A stretch of DNA of 64,000 bases from an uncultured bacterium. Its GTDB lineage: Bacteria > Armatimonadota > Abditibacteriia > Abditibacteriales > Abditibacteriaceae. Of this stretch, positions 62,207 through 64,000 are shown one piece after another. Location: NCBI GenBank assembly GCA_963843795.1, contig CAWJLW010000006.1, positions 2,418,001 to 2,482,000 on the forward strand. Direction: 5' to 3'. How positions within the stretch are numbered: position 1 is the stretch's first letter; each line of letters starts with the position of its first letter. The position numbers and the translations under genes are program-made. Under the pieces are notes generated by a model. That model searched no databases and was not told where the DNA came from. It saw only the letters and a list, made by a program, of their open reading frames with translations.

Positions 62207-64000
62207 CTACAAAATCACGCCGCGCACCTCGCGAAAATCAATGTCGTTTTCGCGGCATTTATCGACAATTTCCTGCACCGCGCCATTGCCAATCGAAGGC
62301 ATGGCAATCACAACTTCATCGACGTTGAATTTGCGCACCATATCGAGCAATTCTGAACGCGAACCCAACACTTGAATGCCATGAATTTTGGCGCGCTGTT
62401 TGAGCGGATCGTCGTCTAAGAATCCGACTGGCTGCAATTGCAAGCTTTGGTTAGAAAACATTTCGCGCACAGCCAGTTCGCCCGCATCGCCCGCACCGAC
62501 AATCAAAACGCGGCGCAAACCGTCGCGCCATTTAAGCGCGAAATGATAGCGCAAAGTTTTCAAACCTAAACGCACGCTCACCAAGGCAATACACAGCAAA
62601 GCTGCGTCGATAATCAGGGTTTCAGCAGCCAGTTTCGAGCGCGGCGCGACAATCAAAGCGATCAAAACGCCCGCGCCCAAGGTACCCGCTACGACGCCAC
62701 GCACCGCAGCGCCGATATCGGAAATCGTCACATAGCGCCAGATTCCAGCATACAAGCCAACCCAGTAAAACGCCGCCATTTGACACGCGACCACATAGGG
62801 CCAGCATGACAACAACGCGCGCGTGTGATCTGTCATATCACCTTCGTATTGCAGCAAAAATGCGGCAATCAGGCAAACGCATACCAAACCGAAATCTAAG
62901 AACGCTTCTACAAAGCGCCGCTTGTGCATTGAAACGCGACTGAGCACAGTCTTATCGCCCTGCTCGCGGCGTTTTTGCTTGGCTTTTTCGTATTCCTCTT
63001 CGGCGTAAACCTGCACTTCGGCCAGAAAAACTGCGAACACCAATAAGGCGATCATCGACAAAATCGTGATAACGATAGTCGCCAGTGGGCTGCGAATCAT
63101 CGCTCCCCACAAAGCAATCGCACCGAACCACAGCGTAATGCCATATAAATAACAAACTGCGCTGCGCTCGGACAAGCCCAACATCACCAGGCGGTGCGAA
63201 GTGTGATCGCGCCCGCCCTGCGAAATCGGGCGTCCGTTCAAAAAGCGTACAATGGAAACAAAAGTCGTATCGAAAAGAGGTGTCGCGAGAGCCAAGGTGG
63301 GAATCAAAAGAGCGGTGAACAAGTTGCCGGAAAGCAAACGCGATTCGCCCATCAAAGTCAGACAACTGAGAGAAAAGCCTAGAAACATCGAGCCGCAATC
63401 GCCCATAAAGATGCGCGCCGGATTGAAGTTAAAAACCAGAAAACCTGCTGCTGCACCCGCAATGATCAAAGCGCCGAGAGCGACATTGGTATCGCCCACA
63501 ACTCCGGCGTGCGCGGCCATCAAAAGCGCGACCAAAGTTGCGACGCCTGCCGATAGGCCGTCCATGTTGTCCAGCAGATTGAATGCGTTGGTAATTGCGG
63601 TAATCCAAATGACGGCGAACGGCATTAGCCACAGATACGTGGGCAGGCGCGCGCCATCGGGAATTGTGCCGTAATAAATCGCGACAAAAGCGCAAGCGGC
63701 GATAATTTGCGCGATGAACTTGTGTGCGGGTCGCATCGGCTTGAAATCGTCCCACAAACCGACCGCAAAAATCCACGTTGCACCAGTGGCCACACCTAAG
63801 AACGTACGTTTTTCGGGCAAGAAAAAGGCAGTGGCCAAAGCCACTGCGCCAAAAATTGCCACGCCGCCATACAGCGCCGTCGGCTTGGAATGCCAACGAT
63901 CTGCCGAAGGCTTGGCCACCAAACCATATTTTCGTGTCGCCGCGATGACCAAAGGTGTCAACACTAAAGCCGCCACAAAAGCGCCCAGACAGCCACCCAA
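62207..64000 (-). CDS. WecA/MraY-family polyprenyl-phosphate HexNAc-1-P transferase fused to a 4-TM + Rossmann (CoA-binding-like) module; 5' end outside the window
   Basis: GLWDD, NAFNLLDNMDG, NFNPARIFMGDCG, DHTSHRL, then VLIVGAGDAG..VGFLDDD. Confidence 0.88.
   Translation of the reverse strand: MGGCLGAFVAALVLTPLVIAATRKYGLVAKPSADRWHSKPTALYGGVAIFGAVALATAFFLPEKRTFLGVATGATWIFAVGLWDDFKPMRPAHKFIAQIIAACAFVAIYYGTIPDGARLPTYLWLMPFAVIWITAITNAFNLLDNMDGLSAGVATLVALLMAAHAGVVGDTNVALGALIIAGAAAGFLVFNFNPARIFMGDCGSMFLGFSLSCLTLMGESRLLSGNLFTALLIPTLALATPLFDTTFVSIVRFLNGRPISQGGRDHTSHRLVMLGLSERSAVCYLYGITLWFGAIALWGAMIRSPLATIVITILSMIALLVFAVFLAEVQVYAEEEYEKAKQKRREQGDKTVLSRVSMHKRRFVEAFLDFGLVCVCLIAAFLLQYEGDMTDHTRALLSCWPYVVACQMAAFYWVGLYAGIWRYVTISDIGAAVRGVVAGTLGAGVLIALIVAPRSKLAAETLIIDAALLCIALVSVRLGLKTLRYHFALKWRDGLRRVLIVGAGDAGELAVREMFSNQSLQLQPVGFLDDDPLKQRAKIHGIQVLGSRSELLDMVRKFNVDEVVIAMPSIGNGAVQEIVDKCRENDIDFREVRGVIL

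Overview
A moderately GC-rich bacterial chromosomal window with about 33 CDSs and no rRNA, tRNA, CRISPR array or transposase that I can recognise. The gene set suggests a diderm Terrabacterium such as Armatimonadota/Abditibacteriota (inference only): an SLH-domain outer-membrane porin, a DUF1559 prepilin-type protein, a copper-amine-oxidase-N-domain protein and an LptD-like protein. Recognisable genes are rpsA, polA, sppA, greA and katE (frameshifted), plus an HD-GYP response regulator, several glycoside hydrolases, a LysM-NlpC/P60 hydrolase, a proline racemase-family enzyme, a CHAD protein, a TPR/FG-GAP + UnbV-like + UnbU-like trio and a WecA fusion. A >1,640-aa beta-propeller surface protein runs off the left edge and is missing from the ORF track. 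The dominant unexplained signal is a highly iterated palindrome, (T)GCAAGTACTTGC(A). I counted by eye 32 exact 12-mer copies and about 15 near-copies in 64 kb, against about 0.004 expected by chance. It occurs (i) at the apex of long inverted repeats with copy-specific arms at all 9 convergent gene junctions, (ii) as tandem doublets, (iii) bare near promoters and start codons, and (iv) in frame inside proteins, mostly read as QVLA. This pattern resembles a DNA-uptake-sequence, HIP1 or nucleoid-protein-site class of genome-wide signal; I do not recognise this specific motif. Start codons were adjusted by eye and functional calls come from motif recognition, not database searches.
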